DNA of 28,817 nt from Alphaproteobacteria bacterium (lineage in GTDB: Bacteria > Pseudomonadota > Alphaproteobacteria > UBA9219), in the NCBI GenBank assembly GCA_035531735.1, contig DATKSH010000271.1:1-28817 (forward strand), given 5' to 3'. Shown here piece after piece: positions 1 through 8,409 of this stretch (position 1 is its first letter; each line of letters starts with the position of its first letter). A program made the position numbers and the translations under genes. The notes under the pieces are model-generated. The model made no database searches. It was not told where the DNA came from and was given only the letters and a program-made list of their open reading frames with translations.

Positions 1-459
1 GAATTCGTGGTTCTCTTCATGCCCGGCGATCATTTTCTCAGCGCCGCTCTCGAATGCGATCCCGAGCTGGTCGATTTCAGTATCGCACAAAAAGTCCTGT
101 TGGCCACGCCGATGACCCTGATCGGCCTTTTGCGGGCAGTCGCCTATGGCTGGCGGCAGGAAAGCCTGAATGAGAATGTGCGCCGCATCGCAACACTGGG
201 CGGGGAATTATATGGCGCCCTTGCGACCATGACCGACCATATCGGCGCGCTGGGGGGCAAATTGGCCGGCAGCCTGGACAGCTATAACAAAATGATCGGC
301 AGTTTCGAGCGCAACGTGCTGGGCAAAGCACGCCGCCTCGCCGAATTCGGCGCCGGCAAGGACGGCAAGGCTTTGCCGGAGGGTTTGGAACCGGTCGATT
401 TGCAGCCGCGTGCGCTTAACCTTGTCGTCAACGAGGATGCGAAACAGGACGTGGCTTGA
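1..459 (+). CDS. rmuC: DNA recombination protein RmuC, C-terminal part (5'-truncated by window edge)
   Basis: Frame open from base 1 (EFVVLFMPGD...). Contains the RmuC C-terminal signature LATPMTLIGLLRAVAYGWRQE..L.EN...IA.LG.ELY and sits directly upstream of def-fmt-truA, as is common in alphaproteobacteria. Confidence 0.85.
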   Translation, partial: EFVVLFMPGDHFLSAALECDPELVDFSIAQKVLLATPMTLIGLLRAVAYGWRQESLNENVRRIATLGGELYGALATMTDHIGALGGKLAGSLDSYNKMIGSFERNVLGKARRLAEFGAGKDGKALPEGLEPVDLQPRALNLVVNEDAKQDVA

Positions 460-786
460 TCTTTTTGAAAAATTGAAGACCCCGGCGTGATTGCCGCCCA
501 TGGAATGTCGCGGCAAAATCGCGCGCGGCCGCCCTCATCTCGGAAATGGTCGGCGCTTTCCGGGAGTCTTGCATGGCATATTTCTGCGCACGATAGATAA
601 TCCACAAGCGACGTTTATTATTGCGAGACCTGATTTTAGGCATGGAATATCTTTCCGGCTTGCTATAAATAAATTGCCATCACGTTTTGACCGTAACAGA
701 AAAAGCATGAAAGTATTTCGTTTCCTTGCTTTTAGGCGCAGGCTCGGTGCCTTGAAAATTAATCAATATATGCAAATATAGTATTC

Positions 787-1314
787 GTGAGCCAAATCCC
801 CATCCGCATCATCCCCGATCCGGTCCTGCGCGAGACCGCGCGGCCGGTCGCTTCGGTCGACAAGCGCGTCGCGCAATTCATGGAGGACTTGCTGGAAAGC
901 ATGTACAAAGGCCACGGCATCGGGCTTGCCTCCAACCAGGTGGGGGCGTTGGAACGCGTCATCGCGGTCGATATTTCCGAAAGCCGCAACGGCACGCAAG
1001 CGCTCCTTATGGCCAACCCCGAAATCAGCTGGCGCGATCCGGGCGAGACGTTCACCTATAACGAAGGCTGCCTGTCGATCCCGGACCAGTATGCCGATAT
1101 TACGCGCCCCAAACGCATCCGCGTGAATTTTCTCGACATCCACGGCAAGAAGCAGGAACTGGAGGCCGGGGATTTGCTCAGCCAATGCATCCAGCATGAG
1201 ATCGACCATTTGAACGGCGTGCTGTTCATCGACTACCTGTCGAAATTGAAGCGCGACATGATCGCCAAAAAGGTCGAAAAGGCCCACCGCGAGGGCGACG
1301 AGCATCTGTTGTAA
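787..1314 (+). CDS. def: Peptide deformylase
   Basis: GTG start. All three PDF motifs are present: GIGLA, EGCLS, QHEIDHLNG. Confidence 0.97.
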   Translation: MSQIPIRIIPDPVLRETARPVASVDKRVAQFMEDLLESMYKGHGIGLASNQVGALERVIAVDISESRNGTQALLMANPEISWRDPGETFTYNEGCLSIPDQYADITRPKRIRVNFLDIHGKKQELEAGDLLSQCIQHEIDHLNGVLFIDYLSKLKRDMIAKKVEKAHREGDEHLL

Positions 1315-1360
1315 AATCGTTTGAGATGACGTTGCAGCGAAAGCGTGGTAGCAGAATTCC

Positions 1361-2293
1361 ATGCAACCTCGCGCCAAGCTCCGCCTCGCCTTCATGGGCA
1401 CACCGGCTTTCGCCGTCGCGGCTTTGCGCACGCTGAAAGACGCCGGCCACGACATCGTCATGGTTTATGCGCCGCCGCCAAAACCGGCCGGGCGCGGCCA
1501 GCATATGCAAAAATCCGCCGTGCAAATCGCCGCCGAGGACATGGGACTTGCCGTTCGGACGCCCAAGACCCTGCGCGATGCGGAAGAACAAAAAATTTTC
1601 GCCGGTTTAAAGCTCGATATCGCGGTGATCGCGGTCTATAGCCTGATCCTGCCTTTGCCGATCCTGGTGGCGCCCAAATTCGGTTGCCTCAATATTCACC
1701 CCTCCTTGTTGCCGCGCTGGCGCGGCGCCGCGCCGATCAAGCGCGCGCTCCTGGCCGGCGACAGGGAAACCGGCGTCACCATCATGCAGCTTGAAGAAGG
1801 GCTCGATAGCGGCCCGATGCTGTTGCAGGAAAAAATTCCGGTCGCCCCGGCGGCGACCGCCGAAACACTCGATGATGAACTCGCTGTCATGGGCGCGCGG
1901 ATGATCGTCGAGGCGCTCGATGGATTGGCCGCCGGAGCCATTACGCCAAAGCCGCAGCCGCAAGAAGGCATCACCTACGCGGCCAAACTCACGCGCGAGG
2001 ACGGACGCATCGACTGGACGAAGCCGGCCGCCGACATCGAGCGGCAAATCCGCGCCCTGCAGCCGTGGCCCGGTGCTTTCTTTATGCTGGGCGACGAATC
2101 GGTGAAAGTGCTGGCGGCGGAGATGGTGGCGGGTGCAAAAGGCGCGGCCGGCACCTTGCTCGCCGATGATTTTACCGTCGCCTGCGGCAAGGACGCCTTG
2201 CGCCTCGTCACTGTCCAGCGCGCGGGCAAGAGCGCCACGGATGGCGCGTCTTTCCTGCGCGGCGCGCGGCTTGCCGAAGGCCAAATCTTGTGA
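1361..2293 (+). CDS. fmt: Methionyl-tRNA formyltransferase
   Basis: AFMGTPAFA N-terminus, NIHPSLLPRWRGAAPI, GVTIMQLEEGLDSGP, C-terminal Q-RAGK; follows def. Confidence 0.96.
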   Translation: MQPRAKLRLAFMGTPAFAVAALRTLKDAGHDIVMVYAPPPKPAGRGQHMQKSAVQIAAEDMGLAVRTPKTLRDAEEQKIFAGLKLDIAVIAVYSLILPLPILVAPKFGCLNIHPSLLPRWRGAAPIKRALLAGDRETGVTIMQLEEGLDSGPMLLQEKIPVAPAATAETLDDELAVMGARMIVEALDGLAAGAITPKPQPQEGITYAAKLTREDGRIDWTKPAADIERQIRALQPWPGAFFMLGDESVKVLAAEMVAGAKGAAGTLLADDFTVACGKDALRLVTVQRAGKSATDGASFLRGARLAEGQIL

Positions 2294-3030
2294 CGCGCTG
2301 GAAACTGACGCTCGAATATGACGGCACCGGCTTTTGCGGCTGGCAACGGCAGGCGCATGATGTGTCGGTGCAGCAGGTTCTGGAAGATGCTTTCAAAAAA
2401 TTTTCCGGCGAGGACATCACGCTGCATGTTGCCGGCCGCACCGATGCCGGCGTGCATGCGCTGGCGCAGGGTGCACATTGTGACTTGGCCAAGGACGCGA
2501 CCACCGACACCGTGCGCGACGCGGTCAATTTCCACGTCAGGCCGCATCGCGTCGCGGTGCTGGAAGCGGAAGCGGTGGCGGCGGATTTCCACGCGCGCTT
2601 TAGCGCCAAATCGCGCCGCTATCGCTATCGCATCGTCAACCGCCGCGCCCCCTTGGCGCTTGAGGCCGATTATGCATGGCACGTGCCGAAGCCGCTCGAC
2701 GTCGCAGCCATGCACGAAGCCGCGCAAACCCTGATCGGCCATCACGATTTTTCGACCTTCCGCGCGCACAATTGCCAATCCAATTCGCCGCTCAAAACGC
2801 TCGATGTCCTTAACGTCGCGCAAGACGGCGATAGCATTTTTTTCGAGGCCGAGGCACGTTCGTTCCTTTATCATCAAGTCCGCAACATGGTCGGCACCCT
2901 CGTTCTGGTCGGCGGCGGGCAATGGACGCCGGCGGATTTCAAGGCCGCCTTCGAAGCGCACGACCGCCGCAAGGGCGGCCCGACCGCGCCGCCGCACGGC
3001 CTCTATTTCGAAAGAGTTAAATACTCATAA
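2290..3030 (+). CDS. truA: tRNA pseudouridine(38-40) synthase
   Basis: LEYDGTGFCGWQRQ, catalytic AGRTDAGVHA, FHARFSAKSRRYRY, SFLYHQVRNMVG, TAPPHGLY. GTGA overlap with the fmt stop. Confidence 0.97.
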   Translation: MTRWKLTLEYDGTGFCGWQRQAHDVSVQQVLEDAFKKFSGEDITLHVAGRTDAGVHALAQGAHCDLAKDATTDTVRDAVNFHVRPHRVAVLEAEAVAADFHARFSAKSRRYRYRIVNRRAPLALEADYAWHVPKPLDVAAMHEAAQTLIGHHDFSTFRAHNCQSNSPLKTLDVLNVAQDGDSIFFEAEARSFLYHQVRNMVGTLVLVGGGQWTPADFKAAFEAHDRRKGGPTAPPHGLYFERVKYS

Positions 3031-3171
3031 GTTTCATTAACTTACCGGAGGTTGCGAAAGTAGCCTTTGACTTTTCAACCGCAAGTAGACATAAAACCGC
3101 CGCACACGTTCGTGTGCCCTGCCTCCCAGCCCTTCTTCCAAGGGCTTCCTTTCGCATTCGATATTATTGCC

Positions 3172-5004
3172 ATGAAGCCAGCACACGCTCTTTCCGTGTT
3201 GCTTCTCGCGGCTGCCTTGACTGCTTTGCAGGGCTGCTCGGGGAGCATGTTTCCGGGCGGCAACCAGATCGATCCGTCGGGTGGCCTCACGCGCGCCGAC
3301 TATCTCGCCTTGCGAAAACGCGAGGCACTGGCGCTCAAGGCCCAAAAACAGCAAAAGGAAGCGCCACCGATCCCGCCGATGCCGATCGAAACCGGGACGT
3401 TGCCGAAGCCGCTGCCCGGGCATAATAAACTGGTAAGCGTCAGCGTCACCGACAGCGTGCCGCTGCGTAACGTGCTGATCCAATTGGCACGCGAAGCGGG
3501 AGTCAATCTCGAACTCGATCCACGCGTCAAGGGCGGCGTCATTTTTACCGCCAACGACCAGTCTTTCGACCGGGTTTTGCACCATATTTGCGACCTAGCC
3601 GGCCTGCGCATCGAAATGGACGGCAACTTTATCCATATCGAGCCCGACGATCCGTATGAGAAAACCTATCAGCTCAGCTATCTGAGCCTTACGCGCAAGA
3701 CCACCAGCGAAACCTCGATCGCCACCAACGTGTTCGACGTCGATGTCGGCAACGGCACCGGCGGCGTCAACGGCTCTTTCGGCGGCAGCGGCGCGAACGG
3801 CATCGCCGGCACCGGGAACAACTCGACCTCGCGCATTTCCGGCACCTCGGATGCCGATTTCTGGGACGAGGTCAAGGCCTCGCTGGCGCAAATCCTGTCC
3901 TCGACCGGCCAAAACGCCAAGGGCGCGGACAAGGCCAGCTTCAGCATCGACCAGCAGGCCGGCATGGTCACGGTCTATGGCAACGACCGCCAGCAAGGCG
4001 CGGTCGCCGCCTATGTCAAGGCGTTGCGCCGCAAAGCCTATGCGCAGGTACTGATCGACGCGCGCATCATCGAGGTCGAGCTTAACGACAGCTTCCAGAG
4101 CGGCATCGACTGGCGCACCCTGTTCGGCGGCGCCTTCAACGCCGCCGCGCGCTTCGGCCCGGCCGCCGTCGGCGCACCTTTCACCACCGCGACCACCGCC
4201 ACCAACGGGGTCTTCACCGCCTCGATCAACGACGCGCATTTCGCCGACATCATCAATTTGGTGCGCAGCTTCGGCACCACGCGCGTCCTCTCGGCGCCGC
4301 GCCTGACGGTGCTGAACAACCAGACGGCGGTGCTGAAAGTGGCGACCAATCAGGTCTATTTCGTCACGCAGGCACAATTCACCACCGTGACCAACGCCAA
4401 CGGTTCGGCCGTGACGACGACGCCGGTCTATACCAGCACGCCGCGCACGGTGCCGGTCGGACTCGTGATGACAGTGCAACCCTCGATCGATCCCGCCCAC
4501 GACCTCGTGACCATGACGCTGCGCCCCACCATCTCGCGCGTCGTCAGCGAAGTGGACGATCCCTCCATCGGCCTCAACGCTGCACAGGCGGGCGTCACCA
4601 ACCCGGTCGAATCGCAGATTCCTGTGCTGGCGGTGCGCGAGATGGATTCGGTCCTGCAACTTCATTCCGGCCAGATCGCCGTCATGGGCGGCTTGATGCA
4701 GGATAGCTCGATCAACACCGACGCCGGCGTGCCGCCGTTCGACACGCTGCCGGTGATCGGCAATCTGGCCAAAAGCCGCGACGACGCCGGCGACACCACC
4801 GAGCTGGTGATCCTTTTGCGCGCGACCATCACCAACGGCGGCCCGTCGCCCGACGGCGCCGACCGCGCGCTCTACGCCGATTACAGCAACGATCCGCGTC
4901 CCTTGCCGCTACCGGTGCCGGCGGCATGGAGCGAAAAGAAACCGAAAGTTCGAGAATCGAAGTTAGCCGATAAAAAACCCGAATTGGCCTTTCCCACCCC
5001 CTAG
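3172..5004 (+). CDS. Outer-membrane secretin of a type IV filament system, MshL-like lipoprotein (start revised from 3067 to ATG 3172)
   Basis: MKPAHALSVLLLAAALTALQGC is a lipoprotein signal (Cys codon 3235-3237). STN-like domain (VPLRNVLIQLAREAGVNL), MshL-type Y.LSYLSLTR and DFWDEVKASLAQIL segments with a G/S/N-rich loop. Secretin core: QVLIDARIIEVEL, VLSAPRLTVLNNQTAVLKV, VGLVMTVQP, LPVIGNL, TELVILLRATI. Confidence 0.9.
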   Translation: MKPAHALSVLLLAAALTALQGCSGSMFPGGNQIDPSGGLTRADYLALRKREALALKAQKQQKEAPPIPPMPIETGTLPKPLPGHNKLVSVSVTDSVPLRNVLIQLAREAGVNLELDPRVKGGVIFTANDQSFDRVLHHICDLAGLRIEMDGNFIHIEPDDPYEKTYQLSYLSLTRKTTSETSIATNVFDVDVGNGTGGVNGSFGGSGANGIAGTGNNSTSRISGTSDADFWDEVKASLAQILSSTGQNAKGADKASFSIDQQAGMVTVYGNDRQQGAVAAYVKALRRKAYAQVLIDARIIEVELNDSFQSGIDWRTLFGGAFNAAARFGPAAVGAPFTTATTATNGVFTASINDAHFADIINLVRSFGTTRVLSAPRLTVLNNQTAVLKVATNQVYFVTQAQFTTVTNANGSAVTTTPVYTSTPRTVPVGLVMTVQPSIDPAHDLVTMTLRPTISRVVSEVDDPSIGLNAAQAGVTNPVESQIPVLAVREMDSVLQLHSGQIAVMGGLMQDSSINTDAGVPPFDTLPVIGNLAKSRDDAGDTTELVILLRATITNGGPSPDGADRALYADYSNDPRPLPLPVPAAWSEKKPKVRESKLADKKPELAFPTP

Positions 5005-5021
5005 CCCCGAGGACCCAAGCC

Positions 5022-5660
5022 ATGCGCAACCGATCCCTTCGCCGCGCCGCCGGATTCACGCTGGTGGAACTGTCAATCGTCCTCGTCATCATCGGCCTTA
5101 TCATCGGCGGCGTCTTGACCGGCCAGCAGATCATCCAGAACGCCCGCATCACCCGCGCGCTCAACGACGTCCAGGCCTACGAAGCGCAGTTCCAGACTTA
5201 TCAGCAGAATTTCGGCGCCTTGCCGGGCGACGACGCCAGCGCCGTGACGCGTTTCCTCAACGTGGCGCCGGCCAACGGCAACGGCGACGGCACCCTGCAA
5301 GGCACTTTCGATTCCGCGACCGCGACCGACGAAAGCCGCCTCGTATGGGCCGATCTGCGCGCCGCCAGCCTCGTCAAGAACCAGGTGCCGATTACCGCCC
5401 AGCCGCCCAATCCCTTCGACGGTATCTATGGCTTCCAGAATGGCGCGTTCGGCGGCGTCTTCACCACCACCGTGCTGTGCCTCAACGACGTGCCGGCGGC
5501 GGCGGCGCAGGCGATCGACACGCGGCTCGACGACGGCAACAGCAACGCGGGCGCGATCCAGGCGATGGCCGCGACCGGCGCGGTCGGCGAGGCCACCAGC
5601 GGCACCGTCGCCGCCAATTACGGCGCGGCCGAGACTTATACGATGTGCATCAGGATGTGA
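5022..5660 (+). CDS. Type IV prepilin (probable major pilin/pseudopilin)
   Basis: Basic leader MRNRSLRRAAG, then G|FTLVELSIVLVIIGLIIGG (Gly -1, Phe +1, Glu +5), ALPGD motif, and two C-terminal Cys (VLCL...MCIRM) consistent with a D-region disulfide. Confidence 0.92.
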   Translation: MRNRSLRRAAGFTLVELSIVLVIIGLIIGGVLTGQQIIQNARITRALNDVQAYEAQFQTYQQNFGALPGDDASAVTRFLNVAPANGNGDGTLQGTFDSATATDESRLVWADLRAASLVKNQVPITAQPPNPFDGIYGFQNGAFGGVFTTTVLCLNDVPAAAAQAIDTRLDDGNSNAGAIQAMAATGAVGEATSGTVAANYGAAETYTMCIRM

Positions 5661-5661
5661 G

Positions 5662-5736
5662 TCAGATGACGGAATACAGGTATCAGAAGGCAGCCCTTAT
5701 TTTTCTGATACCCGATCCCTGCCTTCTGCCTTCTGA
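5662..5736. repeat. 7-bp-periodic imperfect palindromic element (copy 1)
   Basis: Left arm cagatga/cggaata/caggtat/cagaagg/cag, right arm ctgatac/ccgatcc/ctgcctt/ctgcctt/ctga. Perfect inverted pairs 5679-5688 with 5703-5712 and 5683-5693 with 5726-5736. Confidence 0.8.
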
Positions 5737-6592
5737 AGGCTTCACCCTGGTCGAAATGGCGGTGGTGCTGATCGTAATTGGGCTTATCGTCCTCGCGGTC
5801 TTCCCGGCTCTCACCGCCCTGCGCATGAGCGGTCAGCGTACGCTGACCCAAAGCAACCTGAACAGCCTCATGCGCGCGACGGCGGCTTACGCAGAGGCCA
5901 ACGGATGCCTGCCCTGCCCGACGCCAGCCAGCACGATAGGATCGGGCTTCGGCCGCGTGCGCGGTGACGGCAGCGCGTCACCGGCCGCCTGCGGCGCCTG
6001 CGCAGCGCCGGAAGGCATCGCGCCGTTCATGTCGCTGGGCCTGCCGGCCGAAGCCGCGCGCGACGGCTGGGGCCACTGGATTACGATGCGGGTCGACCCG
6101 GCCTTGACCGTTAATCCCGCCAACAGCGCGAATCCGGTGGGCGTCGTGCCGCCCTTCGCGCCCTGCACCGCCGCCGATCTCGCCGCATCGCCGGTGACGG
6201 CAAGCTGCAGATTGCAAGGCGCCAGCCAGAAAGGCCTGTGCCGCACAGGACTTGCCGCCGCGGGGCGCATCGACGTGACGACGCCCGGCAATGCCAATCC
6301 CCAGCAAACCGCCGTTATTTTCGTCAGTTACGGCGCGCAGGGTTACGGTTCCTTTTCCGCCAGCGTCAACCTGACCGGCACCAACGGCGCGCAACTGCCG
6401 TTTCCTTCTTCGATGCCGGCCTGTTCGGCGAGTGAAGGCTTCACGCGCTGCAACGCCGCCGGCACCACGCAATTCGTCGATGCGCCGATCACGGTCGGCG
6501 GCGGCGACCCTTATGACGACCTGCTGGCCTATGCCGACCGCAACACGCTTTTAAGCATGTTCGGCAACGGCAGTTGCCAAACGGTGTGGTGA
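5666..6592 (+). CDS. Type IV prepilin-like protein (minor pilin, Cys-rich); start ATG 5666 or GTG 5657, not 5345
   Basis: SEG|FTLVEMAVVLIVIGLIVLAVF cleavage/methylation motif (Gly codon 5738-5740), RDGWG motif, 10 Cys in the mature part. GTG 5657 overlaps the upstream stop. Confidence 0.85.
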   Translation: MTEYRYQKAALIFLIPDPCLLPSEGFTLVEMAVVLIVIGLIVLAVFPALTALRMSGQRTLTQSNLNSLMRATAAYAEANGCLPCPTPASTIGSGFGRVRGDGSASPAACGACAAPEGIAPFMSLGLPAEAARDGWGHWITMRVDPALTVNPANSANPVGVVPPFAPCTAADLAASPVTASCRLQGASQKGLCRTGLAAAGRIDVTTPGNANPQQTAVIFVSYGAQGYGSFSASVNLTGTNGAQLPFPSSMPACSASEGFTRCNAAGTTQFVDAPITVGGGDPYDDLLAYADRNTLLSMFGNGSCQTVW

Positions 6593-6603
6593 GGAGGCAC
6601 GCG

Positions 6604-8409
6604 ATGGCCAGCAATCTGCGCCTCGTCGCCGACGAAACACCCGGCGAAACGCCGGCCGTCGCCGATACGCTGGGCGCGCGGCTGGTCGAGCTCGGCCTCG
6701 TCACGCCGGATCAATTGCGGATTGCCCTGCACGAGCAACGGCGCGGCGGCCATATGCTGGGCCTCACCCTCGTCGAACTCGGCTTTCTCGGCGAGGACGA
6801 CCTGGCCGGCGTCTTGGCGGAGCGCACCGGCCGGCGGCGCATCGATTTGCGCAAGACGCCGCCCGATCCTGATCTCATGGAAAAAGTGCCGGAAGCCGTG
6901 GCGCGCCGTTGCCGCGCGGTGCCGGCGCGCCTTAAGGGCGACACGCTCGAACTGGCAATGGCCGATCCCTATGACGTGACGGCAATCGACGAAATGCGCC
7001 GCTATTTCCCGCGCCGCGTCGAGATCGTGCCGCTGGTCGCGGCCGCCGCCGACATCATGGCGTTGCTCGACCACGCCGACCGCGCGGCCGCCTCGATCAA
7101 CGACATTCTGAAAGAACTTGAAACCGGCGAAAGCGCCGAGGGCGAAGAGGCGTGGCAACACCCGGTCGTGCGGCTCGTCAACACGCTTTTGGCCGACGCC
7201 GCGCGGCGCGGCGCCTCGGACCTGCATTTCGAGCCGGAAAACAGCTTCGTGCGCTTGCGTTACCGCATCGACGGGGTGCTAACCCAAGTCCGCGCCATTC
7301 ATCGCACCCATTGGCCGGAGCTTTCGCACCGGCTCAAGATCATGGGCGGGCTCAACATCGCCGACCAGCGCAGCCTGCAGGACGGGCGTTTCCGCCTTTC
7401 GATCAACGGCGCGGAGATCGATTTCCGCATCGCCGTGATGCCAACCGTGCAGGGCGAGAATATCACCGTGAGGGTGCTCGATCATCGCCGCGCGCTGGTG
7501 CCGCTTGAGCAACTCGGTTTCGGCGGCGCGGCGCTCAAGGAACTTGGCCGCATGCTGGAACGGCCCGAAGGCATCGTCCTCGTTACCGGCCCCACCGGCT
7601 GCGGCAAGACCACCACGCTTTATTCGATGCTGGCCAAAATCAGCACCGTCGAGGTCAACATCATGACCCTCGAAGAGCCGGTCGAATACCAGTTGAGCCT
7701 GATCCGCCAGACCGCCGTTGCCGAAGCGCAAGGCCTGACTTTTGCCGAAGGCGTACGCGGAATTTTGCGGCAAGATCCCGACATCATCTTCATCGGCGAG
7801 GTGCGCGATCCCGACACCGCGCAAATGGCGCTGCGCGCCGCCATGACCGGCCATCAGGTGTTTTCGACCCTGCATTGCAACGACGCGGCCGGCGCCTTGC
7901 CGCGCCTTTACGATCTCGGCCTCGGCCCGCGCGCGCTACAGGGAAACCTGAGCGGCATCGTCGGCCAGCGCCTCGTGCGCTGCCTCTGTCCACATTGCAA
8001 GCGTCCGCGCGCGGCCAATGAGGAGGAGCAAAAAATCCTCAGCACCTTCGCGCCGAACACGGGCATTGAAACACCGGCTTCGGCCACGCATCGGGCGCCG
8101 GGTTTCGCCGAAACGCAAAGCGCCTATCTCGGGCCGGCACCGGCCGCGCCCGTCATTTATGAAGCCGTCGGTTGCGCGCAATGCAACGGCAGCGGCCATA
8201 AGGGGCGCATCGCGGTCGCCGAAGTGCTGCGCATCGCGCCGGCGCTCGACGAATTGATCGCCCGCGACGCCGGGCGCGGCGAGATCATGCAGGCCGCGCG
8301 CGGCGAAGGATTCCGCGGCATGGCCGAGGACGGCATGCAAAAGGTTCTCGCCGGCACGATTGCGCTCGACAGTTTGCGCCGCGCGATCGATGTGACGGGG
8401 ATCGGCTGA
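6604..8409 (+). CDS. PilB/GspE/MshE-family extension ATPase (start revised to ATG 6604)
   Basis: RBS GAGGAGG at 6591-6597. MshEN-like N-terminus, ASDLHFEP, VRLRYRIDGVL, QDGRF, Walker A GPTGCGKTT, TLEEPVEY, RQDPDIIFIGEVRD, TGHQVFSTLH, and a tetracysteine CPHC...CAQC. Confidence 0.95.
   Translation: MASNLRLVADETPGETPAVADTLGARLVELGLVTPDQLRIALHEQRRGGHMLGLTLVELGFLGEDDLAGVLAERTGRRRIDLRKTPPDPDLMEKVPEAVARRCRAVPARLKGDTLELAMADPYDVTAIDEMRRYFPRRVEIVPLVAAAADIMALLDHADRAAASINDILKELETGESAEGEEAWQHPVVRLVNTLLADAARRGASDLHFEPENSFVRLRYRIDGVLTQVRAIHRTHWPELSHRLKIMGGLNIADQRSLQDGRFRLSINGAEIDFRIAVMPTVQGENITVRVLDHRRALVPLEQLGFGGAALKELGRMLERPEGIVLVTGPTGCGKTTTLYSMLAKISTVEVNIMTLEEPVEYQLSLIRQTAVAEAQGLTFAEGVRGILRQDPDIIFIGEVRDPDTAQMALRAAMTGHQVFSTLHCNDAAGALPRLYDLGLGPRALQGNLSGIVGQRLVRCLCPHCKRPRAANEEEQKILSTFAPNTGIETPASATHRAPGFAETQSAYLGPAPAAPVIYEAVGCAQCNGSGHKGRIAVAEVLRIAPALDELIARDAGRGEIMQAARGEGFRGMAEDGMQKVLAGTIALDSLRRAIDVTGIG

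Noticed and set aside
491-781. 96-aa ORF in the rmuC-def spacer
   Set aside because: No RBS, atypical A/T-rich codons and no recognisable motif.
460-786. Possible replication origin (AT-rich, one DnaA-box-like site, one GANTC)
   Set aside because: Only one imperfect box and none of the usual origin-flanking genes (dnaA, hemE, parAB/gidAB). Kept only as a low-interest regulatory region.
4995-5021. Weak 7-bp periodicity (cctagcc/ccgagga/cccaagc) between the secretin and the first pilin
   Set aside because: Too short and degenerate to assign to a repeat family by eye.
5345-5656. N-terminal extension of the 415-aa ORF 5345-6592
   Set aside because: It overlaps the first pilin in another frame; the prepilin motif places the real start at 5657/5666.
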